Source of the DNA: Azolla caroliniana
Lineage: Eukaryota; Plantae; Polypodiophyta
Reading direction: 5' to 3'
Assembly: GCA_043228905.1 (NCBI GenBank)
Contig: JBHGNT010000006.1
Span: forward strand, 14,508,001-14,572,000
DNA length: 64,000 bases
In this document: piece by piece, positions 13,553-27,161 of the stretch
How positions within the stretch are numbered: position 1 is the stretch's first letter
How the letters are laid out: the number at the start of each line of letters is the position of its first letter
Translations under genes and position numbers: made by a program
The notes under the pieces: model-generated
Seen by the model: the letters and a program-made list of their open reading frames with translations, nothing else
Told to the model about the DNA's origin: nothing
Databases searched by the model: none

Positions 13553-15644
13553 GCGTTGCAAAAGAACGCAAATCCACCAACATAGCGGCAATAATTATAC
13601 TTCTAAAAGACTATCAACATGTATTGGCATGGTCCCATGATGATATGAAGGGGCTCGACCCCAAGTTCTTCAACATCAAATCCATCTCAACAAGGAGGCC
13701 AAACCGGTACAATAATGGAGATATTGGATGAACCCGAACTATGCGATCCGGGTCAAGGAAGAAACTAACAATCTCCTGAAAGTCGGATTCATTCGACCAA
13801 TCAAGAAGGCCATGTGGCTCAGTCCCATAGTAGTCATACCTAGAAAGAATGGGAAGATTCATGTATATGTCGATCACAGGAAATTAAATGCACCTACAAT
13901 AACAAATGTATTCCCATTTCTATTCACTGATGGGGTACTAGATGCGATGGCCGGCCACAAGGTATATAGCTTTCTAGATGGGTTTAGTGGCTATAACCAA
14001 ATTCAGATGCACCCAAACGACCAAGCAAAGATGACGTTCATCATGGAATGGGTGTCTTTGTTGTAATTCTCATGATGTTCGGATTAAAAACCTCACTAAC
14101 AACCTTCTAGCGGATCATAATGGAAATATTTGGGGAATATATTCTGGCTTTCATGCAGGTGTTCCTAGATGATTTCGTGGTGTATAGCAAGAGCATCGAC
14201 CATTTGACTCACCTTCGATTATGTCTAGAGAAATGCAGAGAGGCAAGGCTAAGCTTGAACTCGGCAAAATGCGTGTTCGGGGTAACCAATGGCACACTCC
14301 TTAGCCATATCGTAAGTGGTGAAGGCATTGCTATCAACCCCCACAACATAAAGGCCATAATTGAGGCACCAACACCAAAGAATGCAAAAGGGCTCAGTCG
14401 ATTACTGGGGTAGATCTGGTGGCACAGTCGAATGATGCGGCACTTAGCCGATTTTGCCACAACGTTGCATGTAGCAGTGCATCGGACACCGTTCACATGG
14501 ATGAACATTGAAGAAGAAGCATACCAAGCCTTGAAAATTATCCCAACATAGTCAACTATTGTCCAGCCTAACGGAAAAATGGTATTGACCAATATACTAT
14601 ACGAGTCGCAAGCTCTTGGCCTGAGAATGCAATTATTCGACAAACAAATGTGAGGCCTTGGGTACGATATACAATATCAATACGTTTTGCCACTACTTAC
14701 TCAGCCAATGATTTATATTCCACGTGAAACGCGTGGCATTGCTATACTTGGTGACAAAACAATCGTTGACTCGCAAGTTGGCCAGGTGGATGTTACTGCT
14801 ACAAGGGTTCAAATTTGACATTTAGAATAGACCAAGACAATAGCATGCAGTTGCGGACTACCTAAGCCAACCCGAGTCAAGGGAAGCATGCGACAGAATT
14901 AACCACGATTTTCCAAATGGTCAGGTGTCGAGCTACGTCAGCCGAGGTCGACATAGGAGGGCAAATGGTTGATGGATATGATATGCTTTCTTACCACGGG
15001 ATTGCCTTCGGCACAGATGCGCAGTCAAACGAGAAGAAACGGTTGGCAGTAAGAAGCCGCAATTTCTACCTATTCCAAGAGATTTTTTACCATAAAGGAG
15101 GCGATGGCATTTTGAAGACGGTGTGTTCGAAACAACGAAAAAACGATGATTTTGCGTGAGGCACACTACGGCATAGCCGGCGGACATTACGTAGGGGAGA
15201 CAATAGCCTGAAAAATACGGCAAAGCGGGTTATGGTGGCGGACAACCTAGAAAGACATGATAAAGTATTGCCGAGAATGTGACCTTTGCCAGAGAATGGG
15301 GCAGGCATTCGAACATTCCCGCATGCCCCATCAACCGGTAATGCCCTTAGAACCTTTTCAAAGGTGGGGTTTTGATTTCGTTGGACCTTTCGAACTAGTG
15401 GTGGCACTATCTGGTAACTGGTATATCCTTGTTGCTACCGACTATTGCACGGAATGGGTTGACGCAAAGGCTTTACGCAAAAATACGGTAGCATTGACGA
15501 TAAAGTTGCTATATGAAAACATTTAGTGTTCATTCGGATGCCCACTTGAGCTTATTGGTGATCAAGGTAGTCAATTCATTAACAAGGTGGTGCAGGAGCT
15601 CACGGATCACTACATTGTAATACATAGGAAAAGAACCCTTAACT
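13553..15644 (+). pseudogene. Element A pol (RT, RNase H, integrase N-terminal part)
   Basis: WLSPIVVIPRKNGK; SFLDGFSGYNQI; VFLDDF; CRECDLCQR; PFQRWGFDFVGPF; ATDYCTEWVDA. Confidence 0.9.
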
Positions 15645-16092
15645 CGTTGTCCGTCGGAATTGTAACCGCCGGACATAACGCATGGATAATAGAGTATTAT
15701 ATTAGGAGTGTTAAAGTAGCGCATGTAATGGTTGTGCGCAGGGAGCGTTACCGATCGTAAGACCTGTGTATATAAAGGGCGAGAGATCATTGTAAACAGC
15801 TAGCGTATTCTGAGAGTGTCATTTTAGTATAGTTTATCTTCTCTGATCTTGGTGCCTTGTCCATTAGTTTATTAGTGTCTTGTTTCTGTGTCTCGTCTCT
15901 GTACAAGACGGTGTTACAGTAAACCCAAGGTATGTACGCGTTGGGTGCTATGCCCCAAGGAGGCTATGTTGTAGCTGTCTCCTCCTTACGCCCTACCAAT
16001 CCCACACTACGCATCTCTATTTCCTTGCACCATGATCACCTTGTAAGCTACCCCGAAGGACTCAGGGTGGCACGTGCTCCTAACCGGTAACA
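15645..16092 (+). repeat. 5' LTR of element B
   Basis: Direct repeat of 26751-27154; ends ccggtaaca. Confidence 0.85.
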
Positions 16093-16111
16093 CTTTTGGC
16101 ATGCTTGGTGG

Positions 16112-17823
16112 TCTACACAAGCACCTGTCGTACAACCACCAAATTGGACGACACTTTTTCAAATATTTGTACATGGCTCAGATATCACAATAGGTAGTGC
16201 ATTGATGCAACTCACAGAACCTAATTGGTACCGACCGGTTTATTACGCTAGTCGTAAATTATCGAGTGCCGAACGGAACTACTCCACGACCGAGCGTGAA
16301 GCCTTGGGTATGATCTATAACATCAATAAATTCCAGCATTATCTACTCGGATGGAAATTTACGTTTAACGTAGACCATGCGACATTACTCTACCTAGTGG
16401 AGAAGCAGACGTTGACAGATGGATGCTACTGCTCCAAGAGTTCGACTTCGTGATTCAACATCGGCCGGGTATGCAGCATGCCGTAGCTGACTTCTTAAGA
16501 AAAATAGATAATGGTGATGACACGTTGTGACAAGATGATGACTTTCCCAGTGCTCATATTCTGCGGGTCGCGACCACGGTGTCACGAGAAGAAAACAATT
16601 TTCCAGATCATTGGCTCATGGAAATGACCTACTTTTTTACCACGGGGCTGCCACCACCACAACTACGGACGGACAAAAAGAAATGATTGGTAGTCCGGAG
16701 TCGTAACTTTTGTCTGGTCGAGGGTGTACTCTACCATAAAGGCAGCGATGACATTTGGTGGCATGGAATATGGCAAGATGAGAAGGAAGTTGTACTACGC
16801 GAAGCTCATTATGGTACAGCCAGAGGACATTACGCAGGAGAGGTCACGGCTAGAAAAGTATGGCAAGCGGGTCTTTGGTGGCCAACTACGCAAAAGGATG
16901 CGTATCAATATTGTAAGCAATGTGATTTGTGTCAATGCTTCGGGCAACCTACGGAGCTCGCAAGAATGCCTCACCAACTAGTACTTCCGCTTGACCCATT
17001 CCAAAAATGGGGTGTCGATTTTGTTAGTCCCTTTACGCCAGCAGCAACACGGATAGGCAACAAATACGTGCTCGTGACCACAGATTACTGCACAAAGTGG
17101 GTTGAAGCCAAACCGTTGTGAGACAATACTACAACGTCTACCACAAAACTCCTTTATGAATGGTCGCTTAAGAGCTCTATTGGGCAACCAAACACATCTG
17201 GTGCCGTTTTGGTTGCCCACTAGAGCTCATAAGCGACCTAGGGATCCATTTCTTGAATTCGGTCATCCATGAACTCACGCACCATTACGCCATAGTACAC
17301 AAGAAGAGTACGCCATATTACCCACAGGAAAATGGGTTAACAGAATCCACAAACAAGACACTACAGACTATCTTGAAAAAGATAGTGAATGAGAATAGAA
17401 CAAACTGGAACACAAAGCTGCAAAGTGCGTTGTGGGCATACCGAAAGAGTTACAAAACAAGTATACAGTCCATGCCTTTCCGGTTAGCGTTTGGATTAGA
17501 GGTCGTAATGCCTATCGAATTCTAGGTGCCCAGTTTAAGGATTCAAGTATGCAACAAATTGACAGAAGGCCAATCCGAGCAAATCCGACTGCAACAACTG
17601 CTCGAACTAGGCGAAGCTCGGGTTCGCAACATGGCCATATTAGAGCATGAGCAGCGACGACGTAAGGTGTTTGTAGATCGACATCGGGATAGACGAGAGA
17701 AAGACTTCAATGTTGGGAAAGTCGTACTAGTCTTTCAAACGCGCATGGGGCCAATGCTTGGAAAGTTGTGATTCCGCTGGATAGGGCCGTATTGGATAAT
17801 TGGGGTGGAAAATGGGACCTTTC
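16112..17823 (+). pseudogene. Element B RNase H and integrase
   Basis: YYASRKLSSAERNYSTTEREAL; CKQCDLCQ; [13 protein letters not shown]; STPYYPQENGLTE. Confidence 0.9.
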
Positions 17824-18641
17824 TGTTAGGAAACATGTCCCTCTAGATGGAAAGTGAGAAGAACAGTACTGATGAGCAAACTCGGCCGAGGCCGATAGGC
17901 CAAGGCCGAAACCGGATGTGGAAGACCCGGCTACGGAAGACCCGGTGAGAACCGGATGACAAGTACCCGACAACGGAAGACCCGGTGAGAACCGAATGAC
18001 AAGTACCCGGCAACAGAAGACCCGGTGAGAACCGGATGACAAGTACCCGTCAATGGAAGACCCGGTGAGAACCGGATGACGAGTACCCGGCAAGAGCCGG
18101 ATGGTGAAGACCCGGTGAGAGTTGGATGTGGAGTACCCGGCAACGGAAGACCCGGTGAGAACCGGATGACATGTGCCCGGCAAGCGCCGGATGATGCAGG
18201 CCCGGTGAAGAGTGCTCACCGGATGAAGGGACATATTCATAAATATGTTTTTGAGAGTTCATCTGGGCTATATTTGTAAATAGCCGGAAAGTCATATTAG
18301 TATAAATATGACTTAGGGCAAACTCTTTTACATTGTTGTTGTCATTCTTGTTGACGCAAGACTAGAGAGTGTGTAACAGTGTACAGAGAGAGAGAGAGAG
18401 AGAGGAAGAGGTCGTTGCCTCTGTTGAAACCACCGCCTGTGGCGAAGATCGTGAGCACGAGGTCGTTGCCTCCGTGAGCTCACTGTTGTAATCATTGTGA
18501 TATAGTGAGAGCGCGTAACAATGTACAGAGAGAGAGAGAGAGAGAGAGGAAGAGGTCGTTGCCTCTGTTGTAACCACCGCCTCTGGCGAAGATCGTGAGC
18601 ACGAGGTCGTTGCCTCCGTGAGCTCACTGTTGTAATCAACA
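17824..18641 (+). mobile_element. 3'-truncated Copia LTR of the Copia C family
   Basis: Starts tgttaggaaacatgtccctc, as the Copia C LTRs do on the minus strand. TATAAATA at 18301. U5 is missing and there is no TSD. Confidence 0.75.
17923..18225 (+). repeat. ~40-bp tandem array in U3
   Basis: Unit CGGAAGACCCGGTGAGAACCGGATGACAAGTACCCGGCAA, about 6-7 copies; fewer copies in the Copia C LTRs. Confidence 0.85.
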
Positions 18642-20512
18642 TCGTTGGAAAAGGGGTTTGAGGGGTACATCCGGGTAGCAGAAGCACCAACACACCCTGA
18701 TGTGCTAGACATTGCCAAGAAGCTCAACATCGACATGCTAACGAATGCTAGTATCTGGAAGAAATTGTGTCTATCTGCAACAGGCGAGAAGCACTTCGAA
18801 ATACCTCCATCTAAAAAACTGGAGAGGTATTTTGGACAATACTCGACGTCCGCCAAGGCATACAGAACAAAGAAAATCCTGGATCCCTTTTTTCGGGAGA
18901 TTGCAAAGTTCTTGCTGGAAGTCGGATGCGTACACGTGAATGCCTACAGAATGCCAAAACAAAAGGTCGGCATTATCATCAACACATTCGAAGGTCGCGC
19001 AGTAGATTGAGGAGTAATTACAGAACCGACGTTACACGAGGGAGGTCACACATACCAAGCCGGAAAGAAGCTAAGGCCGATTATTCAGTAGTACCTTACG
19101 GTACTGTTTCCAGAGCGTGGACTCCTCGCTTCGCCGACTACCAAGCTTACGCCCCCGCCACAATCTGCAAAATGGCGACTAGCAGAATTGGCGACCACGG
19201 AATGGGAAGAAGAACTAAAACCTTCCCACTTCATCGTGGAACCATCGTGGTTGGAGTAGCCAACAGAGACCGTCGAAACACCGACAACAATGAGTGAGCG
19301 GGACCTGGGGATCAACCGAAGCCTAAGCGTCCTAGGCTAGATTGGAAAGATGAGCACGTACTGGTAAAAGATACAGCCACATTGGTCGAAACTTCCGCCC
19401 CCACGGAGCCCGCAACCACATTCGAGATAATCCGCGAGCCACAGCCGATCATTACAACTCAGTCTCAACGAGGCAAGGGAGTGCTCACAATAGAAAGCAA
19501 GGTCTTGAAATATGCGGACATTTCGGATATGACCCATGAGTTCGGCGCACTATTGCAGTTTGGAACGACATAAGAACTCATGGAATTCTTGGCAACACAG
19601 CAGATCAAGGTGTCACAGAGAATGGCTGAGGAGCACGTTGAACAATAGATGATTGAGTGTGCGTTGACAAGTACGACGGAAAGCGAAGATGAGATACCCC
19701 TTGCCAGGGTGGGCAGAGAGCGTAACGCAGGAATTCGCCATATGGGCATCGAATTACCTCCATTAAATGTGGCCCTAGTCGAGGTGCATAGGGAATTGGC
19801 AAGAGTCAGTGTGGGCGCTAAAGATATGGCTATTAAAAGTAAAAATCTCTAGAAGACAGTCAAGCTGATTCAAGACCAACTGCAGAAGGCACAAGAGCGC
19901 ATTGTACAATTAGAAAGCAACCCAGCAATGACGCAACATATCCCTGGACCTACCCCCTTGATACCGAATTGAACACTCTACGGGAGGAGATTGAAGCTCA
20001 AACTGCCATACCCGCAAAAGCGAAAAGGGTTACGTAGTTAGCCGAGACCGAGATCGACTGACTCCACGCCAAACTCCGGTAGTCATCAGACAGAGAAGTG
20101 GATATCACGGCCCAAGGAAGAAGGGCGACCAAAACACTTGAGGAGAAGCTCGATGTAGAGATGGCAGCCCATAACAGCACAAAAGAAGAAAAGAGCAAGC
20201 TGCAGGAGGAAGCAAAGAAGATAAAGATCGTCATTGCGGGGCATCACGAGTTAATAGAAAGGAAGAAAGCATGCTACGACGAACAGATCATGCATGAACG
20301 TGAACACACGCACCAGGTAAAAATCCGCCTGAACAATTAAATGGAACGGCTTGATGAACTACACTTAAAAGAGTCTCAGATTTGGGCAAAAACGAAGAGC
20401 TGCTATGAGGAAGCAATGACGGTCAATAAGCGTAAAATTGAAAACCTCAAGAAGGCCCTGGACAAAGTGCAAGCCCGCATCCAAACGATAACGGACAATG
20501 TACGCGTACTCC

Positions 20513-23500
20513 TGACAGGAACTACACGCACCCTATGCGCAACACTCGGCCACAACCGAGCTTAGAATCATACATAGAAAACAGGAATGAATGCACGACA
20601 CAGTGAAGAGAAGAGTACACAGGATGTTTACATGGAAAACCCAAACCTAGGAAAAACCACGGCAGCCCACAGACCGCAAACTATCACTATGTTAGAATGT
20701 ACAATAAGAAAGCACCGAGGCCATGACCTCGAGCTTGCTATCTTCACCACAGGCAGTGGTTACAACAGAGGCAACAACCTCTTCCTCTCTCTCACTCTCT
20801 CTGTACACGGTTGCACGCTCTATTCTTGTGCCAACACGAATGACAACCACTCTTATCATTTTTGCCCTAAGTCATATTTATACTAATATGACTTTTCAGC
20901 TATTTACAAATATAGCCCCAATGGCTTCTTAGGAAAACATATTTACGAATATGTCCCTTCATCCGGTGAGCACTTCTCACCGGGCCTTCACCATCCGGCG
21001 CTTGCCAGGCACTCATCATCCGGTTCTCCGTAGCTGGGTACTCCTCATCCGGTTCTCACCGGGTCTTCCGTTGCCGGCTATTCCTCATCCGGTTCTCACC
21101 TGGTCTTCACCATCCGGCTCTTGTCGGGTACTCGTCATCCAGTTCTGGGTAGCCGAGTACTCCTCACTTCCCATCCGGAGGGACCTGTTTCCTAACAAAC
21201 TCCCCCTTCACTCCGGCATGGGGTGTCTTACTAGTCCGATCCGCTTCCTGCATGCTTCCAGCTTGTCGGGTATCAGCACTTTGGTCAGCATATCTGACCC
21301 GTTCTCGGCCGTGTGGATCTTCGTCAGCACGAACTCTTGGTCATCTACTCTTTCCCGGATCCAGTGATACCTTCGCTGGATATGCTTTGTCCGGGAATGG
21401 TAGGCCGCATTCTTAGCAAGGTGGATGGCACTTTGACTGTCGCAATAGAGCCAGTATTCATCTTGCCGGATACCGAGCTCTCCGATGAAGTCCTTCATCC
21501 ATAATATTTCCTTGCCGGCTTCCACAACCGCCATGTACTCCGCCTTCGTGGTTGACAACGCAACCGTCTTCTGCAGCCTCGACTGCCACGAAACAGCTCC
21601 CCCTACATATGTCATTACATACCCGAATCGGTAAAACCATTAAGTTGAGGTTTACTGGAGCCGAATCGGAGACACATGTTCGAAGTGCCCTTCAAGTACC
21701 GGAGTATCCATTTGACCGCGTTCCAGTGCTCCTTGTCGGGATTGCTCATAAACCGGCTCACCACTCCGACTACGTATCCTATATCCGGTCGGGTACACAC
21801 CATTGCGTACATTAAGCTCCCGACGGTAGAGGCATATGGAACCTTCATCATATCAGCCTTCTCTGCTTTCGTCTTCGGGCTTTGCTTACCGGATAATCTG
21901 TAGTTTTCTGGGAGTGTCGATGCGATCGGTTTCGCATCTGACATGTTGAACCGGTGAAGCATCTTTGTCACGTACTTCTCCTGTGATAGCCACAGTTGCT
22001 TCATTGGCTGGTTCCGGATGATATGCATCCCCAGCATCTATCTTGCCGGACCCAAGTCTTTCATTGAGAAGGTCCGGTTGAGAGCCTTCTTCAGCATCCG
22101 TATTTTGGCTTGGTCTCGTCCGACAATCAACATGTCGTCCACGTACAGAAGGAGTATCAGGAAGTCATCTCCTTCGAACTTCTTCACAAACACGCAGTGA
22201 TCGGCCTGCGTCTTGTGGTACCCTTGATCGGTCATGAAGGAGTCGAACTTCCGGTACCATTGCCGGGGAGCCTGCTTCAGTCCGTACAGGCTCTTCTTCA
22301 ACCGGCATACCAGGTGCTCCTTCCCTTTCTCCACGAATACTCTTCGAGGTCACCGTGAAGAAATGTCGTCTACATGTCCAGCTGCTCTACCTCGAGGTCC
22401 ATGATTGCCGCTATACTCAGCATCGTCCGGATGGAGGTCATCTTTACTACCAGGGCAAATATCTCGTCGAAGTCCACGCCCTTCTTCTGTTGGAACCCCT
22501 TCACCACGATCCTAGCTTTGTATCTCGGAGGGTTTCCGGCATCTCCCAGTTTCAACTTGTACACCCACTTGTTTCGGAGTGCCCGCTTTCCTTTTGGCAA
22601 CTCCACCAATTTGTACGTATGGTTCTCATGCAGGGAATCCATCTCATCCTGCATGGCACTTAACCATTTGCGGCTGTGGGTGTCATCCTTCGCTTCTTCG
22701 AAGCTTTCTGGCTCCCCCTCATTGATTAACAGCACATGCTCTGCATCCGGAAATCTCTGGGGGGCCCTTCTCTCTCTGAGGAGATATCTCCGTCTCTGGG
22801 CTTCGGTAACCGGCTCCTCCATTTGCTCTTCATCCGAATCCGATTCGGGGTCGTGGCCGGTTCCGGTTTCAGCTTCCTCTACTTCTTCTTCTGCCTGTTC
22901 AGTATCCTCACCGTAATCGACTGGTTCCTCGAGTGCTAACCGATCTCTTGCCGGTTGGGTCTACTCATCGTAGAATCGATCCTTACCGGTCGACTCGGAG
23001 TTCATTATCTTCTTCTCCGACTCCCAATCGGCGAGCGTCTTTTCCTCCATGAAGATAATATCTCGACTCCGGAATACCTTCTTGTTGACTAGGTCCCACA
23101 CTCGGTAGCCGAACTCATCGTCGTTGTAACCGAGGAATATGCATGGCCGGGTCTTTAGATCTAACTTTCCTCTCCGGTCCTTAGCTACATGCACGTACGC
23201 GAGACACCCGAACACCTTCAGATGCTGGTAGGACACTTCCTTACCGGTCCATACTCTCTGCAGTGTGTCTCCATCCAAGGGCACTGAGGGTGATCTGTTT
23301 ATCACATATGTCGTCGTCGACAGTGCCTCAGCCCAAAACTTCTTGGGTAGTTTTGCATGCGCCAGCACACTCCGGACCCTCTCCATTATGGTCCGGTTCA
23401 TCCTCTCGGCCAGCCCGTTTAGTTCCGGCATCTTCGGCACGGTAAATTCGAGCCGGATTCCCTTCGAGCGACAGTACTCCTCGAACTGTCCCCGGTATTC

Positions 23501-25859
23501 ACCTCCGTTATCTGCTCGAACTGCCTTCAGCTTCCGGCCGGTTTCTCTTTCCACTCTCGCGTGGAGCTCTTTGAAGATGGATAGCACCTGATCCTTCGTC
23601 TTCAATGGTGTGGCCCACAGCTTCCAGCTGTGGTCATCTATGAACGTCACGAAGTATTGCGATCCTGCATGTGACTTCGTGTCCACTTGACACACATCAG
23701 TATGCACCAACTCCAGTGGTGCATTACGTCTCATCGGTGGCCTTGGTCGAAAGGAGGTCCGGTTTTGCTTACTGGCCAGACAATCAGTCCACTTCTCCAA
23801 GTGCACGTTCTTCACTGGAATGAGGTTGTCGTCTGCAAGCCTCTTCATCCCATTCTCGCTCATATGACACAGCCTTTTGTGCCACAGCTCATCGGTAGTG
23901 TCGGATGCCACATTCACTTCCTCCAGACATAACCGGGCATTCATCAGGTACAACGTGTTTACCTTCCGGGCCCGAGCCACAATCAGGCTCCCTTTGCTGA
24001 ACTTCATTACATTGTTCCAGATGATACTCATGTAGCCTTCATCATCTAGCCGACCGACTGATATTAGGTTCAGACGAACCTCCAGAACGTGTCAGACATC
24101 CTTCAGCAGCATCTTGCATCCGGCTGGTGTTGCCAGCCACACGTGTCCTATGTTGACAATTCGGCATGTACCTTCATTCCCCATCCGGACACAGTCGTGA
24201 TCACCGGCTGAGTAGGATGAGAAGCATTTCCGGTCTGGGGTAAGGTGGAACGACGCTCCGGAGTCGACCACCCAGGTCATCTCATGGCTTGCAAGGTTTA
24301 ACTCTCCTCGGTGATGAGCATCAACTCTTCTTCACTTGCCGTGATTGCCATCGTTCCCTTCCGGTCCGTTCCCCTCCGGTTTTTACCGTTCCGGTCCGGA
24401 GTCCGCTTCGAATCGGTACCGTCGGTTTCCTTGTCTTTCCGGAAATGCCGACAGTTCTTCTGGAAGTGTCCCGGCTTGCCGCAATAGAAGCAAGTAGGCC
24501 TACCCCTTGACTTTGACCGTGTCCCCGACTTTTCCCGGTTCTGGGGACTACGGTTTCTTTGTCTTCTGCGTTCTGATTCGGTAAGGAGCGCTTTGGAGTC
24601 GGAGCTCGTATCCTTATCTTTCCGACGCGCCTCCTCATCTAGCAAGCTCGACTTCACTCTTGTTAGGGATAACCGTTTCGCTTCCGGCCCGGCGTTGCCC
24701 AAAGTGACAACCAACGTCTCCCAGCTATCCGGGAGGGAACCGAGTAGCAGTAGCGCTAGTACCTCATCGGCGAGAGGTACTTCCAATGATGTTGCCTGGT
24801 GGATCAGCCCCTGGAAGGCATTCTTGGTACCGGAGTTTTACTAGCTTCTGGAATACCGAAACCTGATTAACAACATTTTTGTTTTGAAACATAATGCCGA
24901 TCTTCTCCCAGAGCTCATGAGCCTTGCTCTCTTCATTGAAGTTGTTGTATAGGCTCATGTCGATGAAGCACCGTATGTACGTCGTTGTCTTCGTGTGCAT
25001 CACCTCCCATATCGTGGCGTCGATTTTGTCCGGTCTCTTATCCCCAAGCTGAACCGGCAACCAAAGATCTTTAACCACGAGCATGTCCCTCATCTTCGAC
25101 TTCCACACCGAATAGTTGGAGCCGGTGAGCTTGAACATGCCTCCCAATGAGTCGTCCATTTTCTGTGTCGCTTTGCTCTGATACCACTTTGACAGGAACT
25201 ACACGCTCCCTATGCGCAACGCTCGGCGACAACCGAGCTTAGAATCATACACAGAGAACAGGAATGAATGCATGACACAATGAAGAGAAGAGTACACAGG
25301 ATGTTTACATGGAAAACCCAAACTTGGGAAAAACCACGGCAGCCCACAGACCGCAAACTATCACTATGTCAGAATGTACAATAAGAAAGCACCGAGGCCA
25401 CGACCTCGAGCTTGCTATCTTCGCCACAGGCGGCGATTACAACAAAGGCAACAACCTCTTCCTCTCTCTCACTCTCTCTGTACACGGTTGCATGCTCTAA
25501 TCTTGCGCCAACACGAATGACAACCACTCTTATCATTTTTGCCCTAGGTCATATTTATACTAATATGACTTTTCGGCTATTTACAAATATAGCCCCGATG
25601 GCTTCTTAGGAAAACATATTTACGAATATGTCCCTTCATCCAGTGAGCACTTCTCACTGGGCGCTTGCCAGGCACTCGTCATCCGGTTCTCCGTAGCTGG
25701 GTACTCCTCATCCGGTTCTCACCGGGTCTTCCGTTGCCGGGTATTCCTCATCCAGTTCTCACCGGGTCTTCACCATCCGGCTCTTGCGGGTACTCGTCAT
25801 CCGGTTCTGGGTAGTTGGGTACTCCTCACTTCCCATCCGGAGGGACATGTTTCCTAACA
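20513..25859 (-). mobile_element. Full-length Tnt1/Tork-like Ty1/copia element (Copia C)
   Basis: LTRs 20513-21197 and 25190-25859. iMet PBS at 25175-25186. PPT gaagggggagtt at 21198-21209. Imperfect TSD (ACTCC/ATCC). Confidence 0.93.
21208..25159 (-). pseudogene. Copia C gag-pol, with several frameshifts and stops
   Basis: KLTGSNYSVWKSKMRDML; zinc knuckle CFYCGKPGHFQKNC; protease WVVDSGASFH; integrase VHTDVC and ADNGGEY; RT LLYVDDML; RH CDSQSAIHLAKN. Confidence 0.93.
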
Positions 25860-26750
25860 ATCCTTCAAACAAATCGTGAGCATTTTACAACGCAGTTGAA
25901 AACAACGTTAGACAAAAGATGGGTTGCATGGACTATGCAAGCAACCGAATTGCACACTTACCGGGCGGATTGGGAGAACCGCCGCAAAGAGGGCAGAGGC
26001 TTCTACAAACTCAATGGAGAGCATTGCGATGGTACGAGAGGACCTCGCGCAGGATTATCAAATGCTTGCTAACCAACACTCTAAAGAACTCATGCACCTG
26101 CTAGATGATTTCAGGGAAAGTCAGGAAGACATCTTCCACCAGTTAATGGAGCTCGGTAGCAAGAGCCAAAGGGCGGAGGCAATAACAGTACTAGACAGCG
26201 ACTCCGCCGAACAAAATGAGCCCCAACCTAACCCAACTAACGCGCCCAAGGAAATAACTACACCGAGCAACCTCGCGGACGTTATGAGCGGAGAGGAGCA
26301 GCAACCGGACACCTACCCATGCCAGGAAGAGCCCTCGTTGGAGCAACAAGGAAATGTCCCGGAGAGTGTACTTATGGACGCCTATGCATGCCAGGAAGAA
26401 CCCACGCCGGAGCCACAAGGAAATGTCCCGGAGAGCGTACCTACGGAGCCTACCACAACGACGCTGCATGAAGAAGTCAATGTGGAGACCGATGCACCAG
26501 CCAAACCGAATGACGAAGCATGTACGGACATCATGTCGCCTTCGGCGCATGGCGAACTGATGGAGCCGCATGACGAGGACAACACGGAAACCGATGCACC
26601 GGCCGAGCATACCAACGAAGCACCTATGGACCTAACGCATCCTCTAGGCCATGCCCAATGAACGAAGCAGAATATCGTTGACATTTTAGGCGACGAATAG
26701 GAAGCATGTGGGTTCGATGTGCCATGGCATTGTCCCACAAGCGTGCTAGG

Positions 26751-27154
26751 TGTTGTCCGCCTGACATAACGCATGGATAATAGAGTAAATTATATTAGGA
26801 GCATTAAAGTAACGCATGTAACGGTTGTACACAGAGAGCGCTACCGATTGTAAGCCCTCTGTATATAAAGGGTAAGAGACCATTGTAAAGAGTTTATCTT
26901 CTTTGATCTTGGTGCCCTGTCCATTAGTTTATTGGTGTCTTGTTTCCGTGTCTCGTCTCTGTACAAGAAGGTGTTACAGTAAACCCAAGGTAAGTACATG
27001 TTGGGTGCTACACCCCAAGGAGGCTAGGTTGTAGCCGTCTCCTCCTTACGCCCTACCAATCCCACACTACGCAGATCTCTATTTCCTTGCACCACGATCA
27101 CCTTTTAAGCTACCCCAAAGGACTCAAGGTGGCACGTGTTCCTAACCGGTAACA
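26751..27154 (+). repeat. 3' LTR of element B
   Basis: tgttgtcc...ggtaaca; has small deletions relative to the 5' LTR. Confidence 0.85.
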
Positions 27155-27161
27155 TTATTAT

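Larger units (their letters stand above)
18645..26700 (+). pseudogene. Extra sense ORF of element B downstream of pol (globular domain, coiled coil, acidic tail), split by Copia C
   Basis: ORFs 18645-19010, 20098-20512 and 25860-26661. Homologous to A's extra ORF (YFGQYSTSAKAYRT...FFREIAKFLLE versus YIGEYSATAKAYRT...FFREVAKFLLE). Confidence 0.7.
15645..27154 (+). mobile_element. Internally deleted Ty3/gypsy element B (same lineage as A)
   Basis: LTRs 15645-16092 and 26751-27154. tRNA-Arg-like PBS tggcatgcttggtgg at 16097-16111 is followed directly by RNase H, so gag to RT is deleted. Degenerate TSD TAACT/TTATT inside A's integrase. Confidence 0.85.

Noticed and set aside
17707-18295. Repetitive ORFs as proteins
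   Set aside because: They are translations of the 40-bp U3 tandem array.
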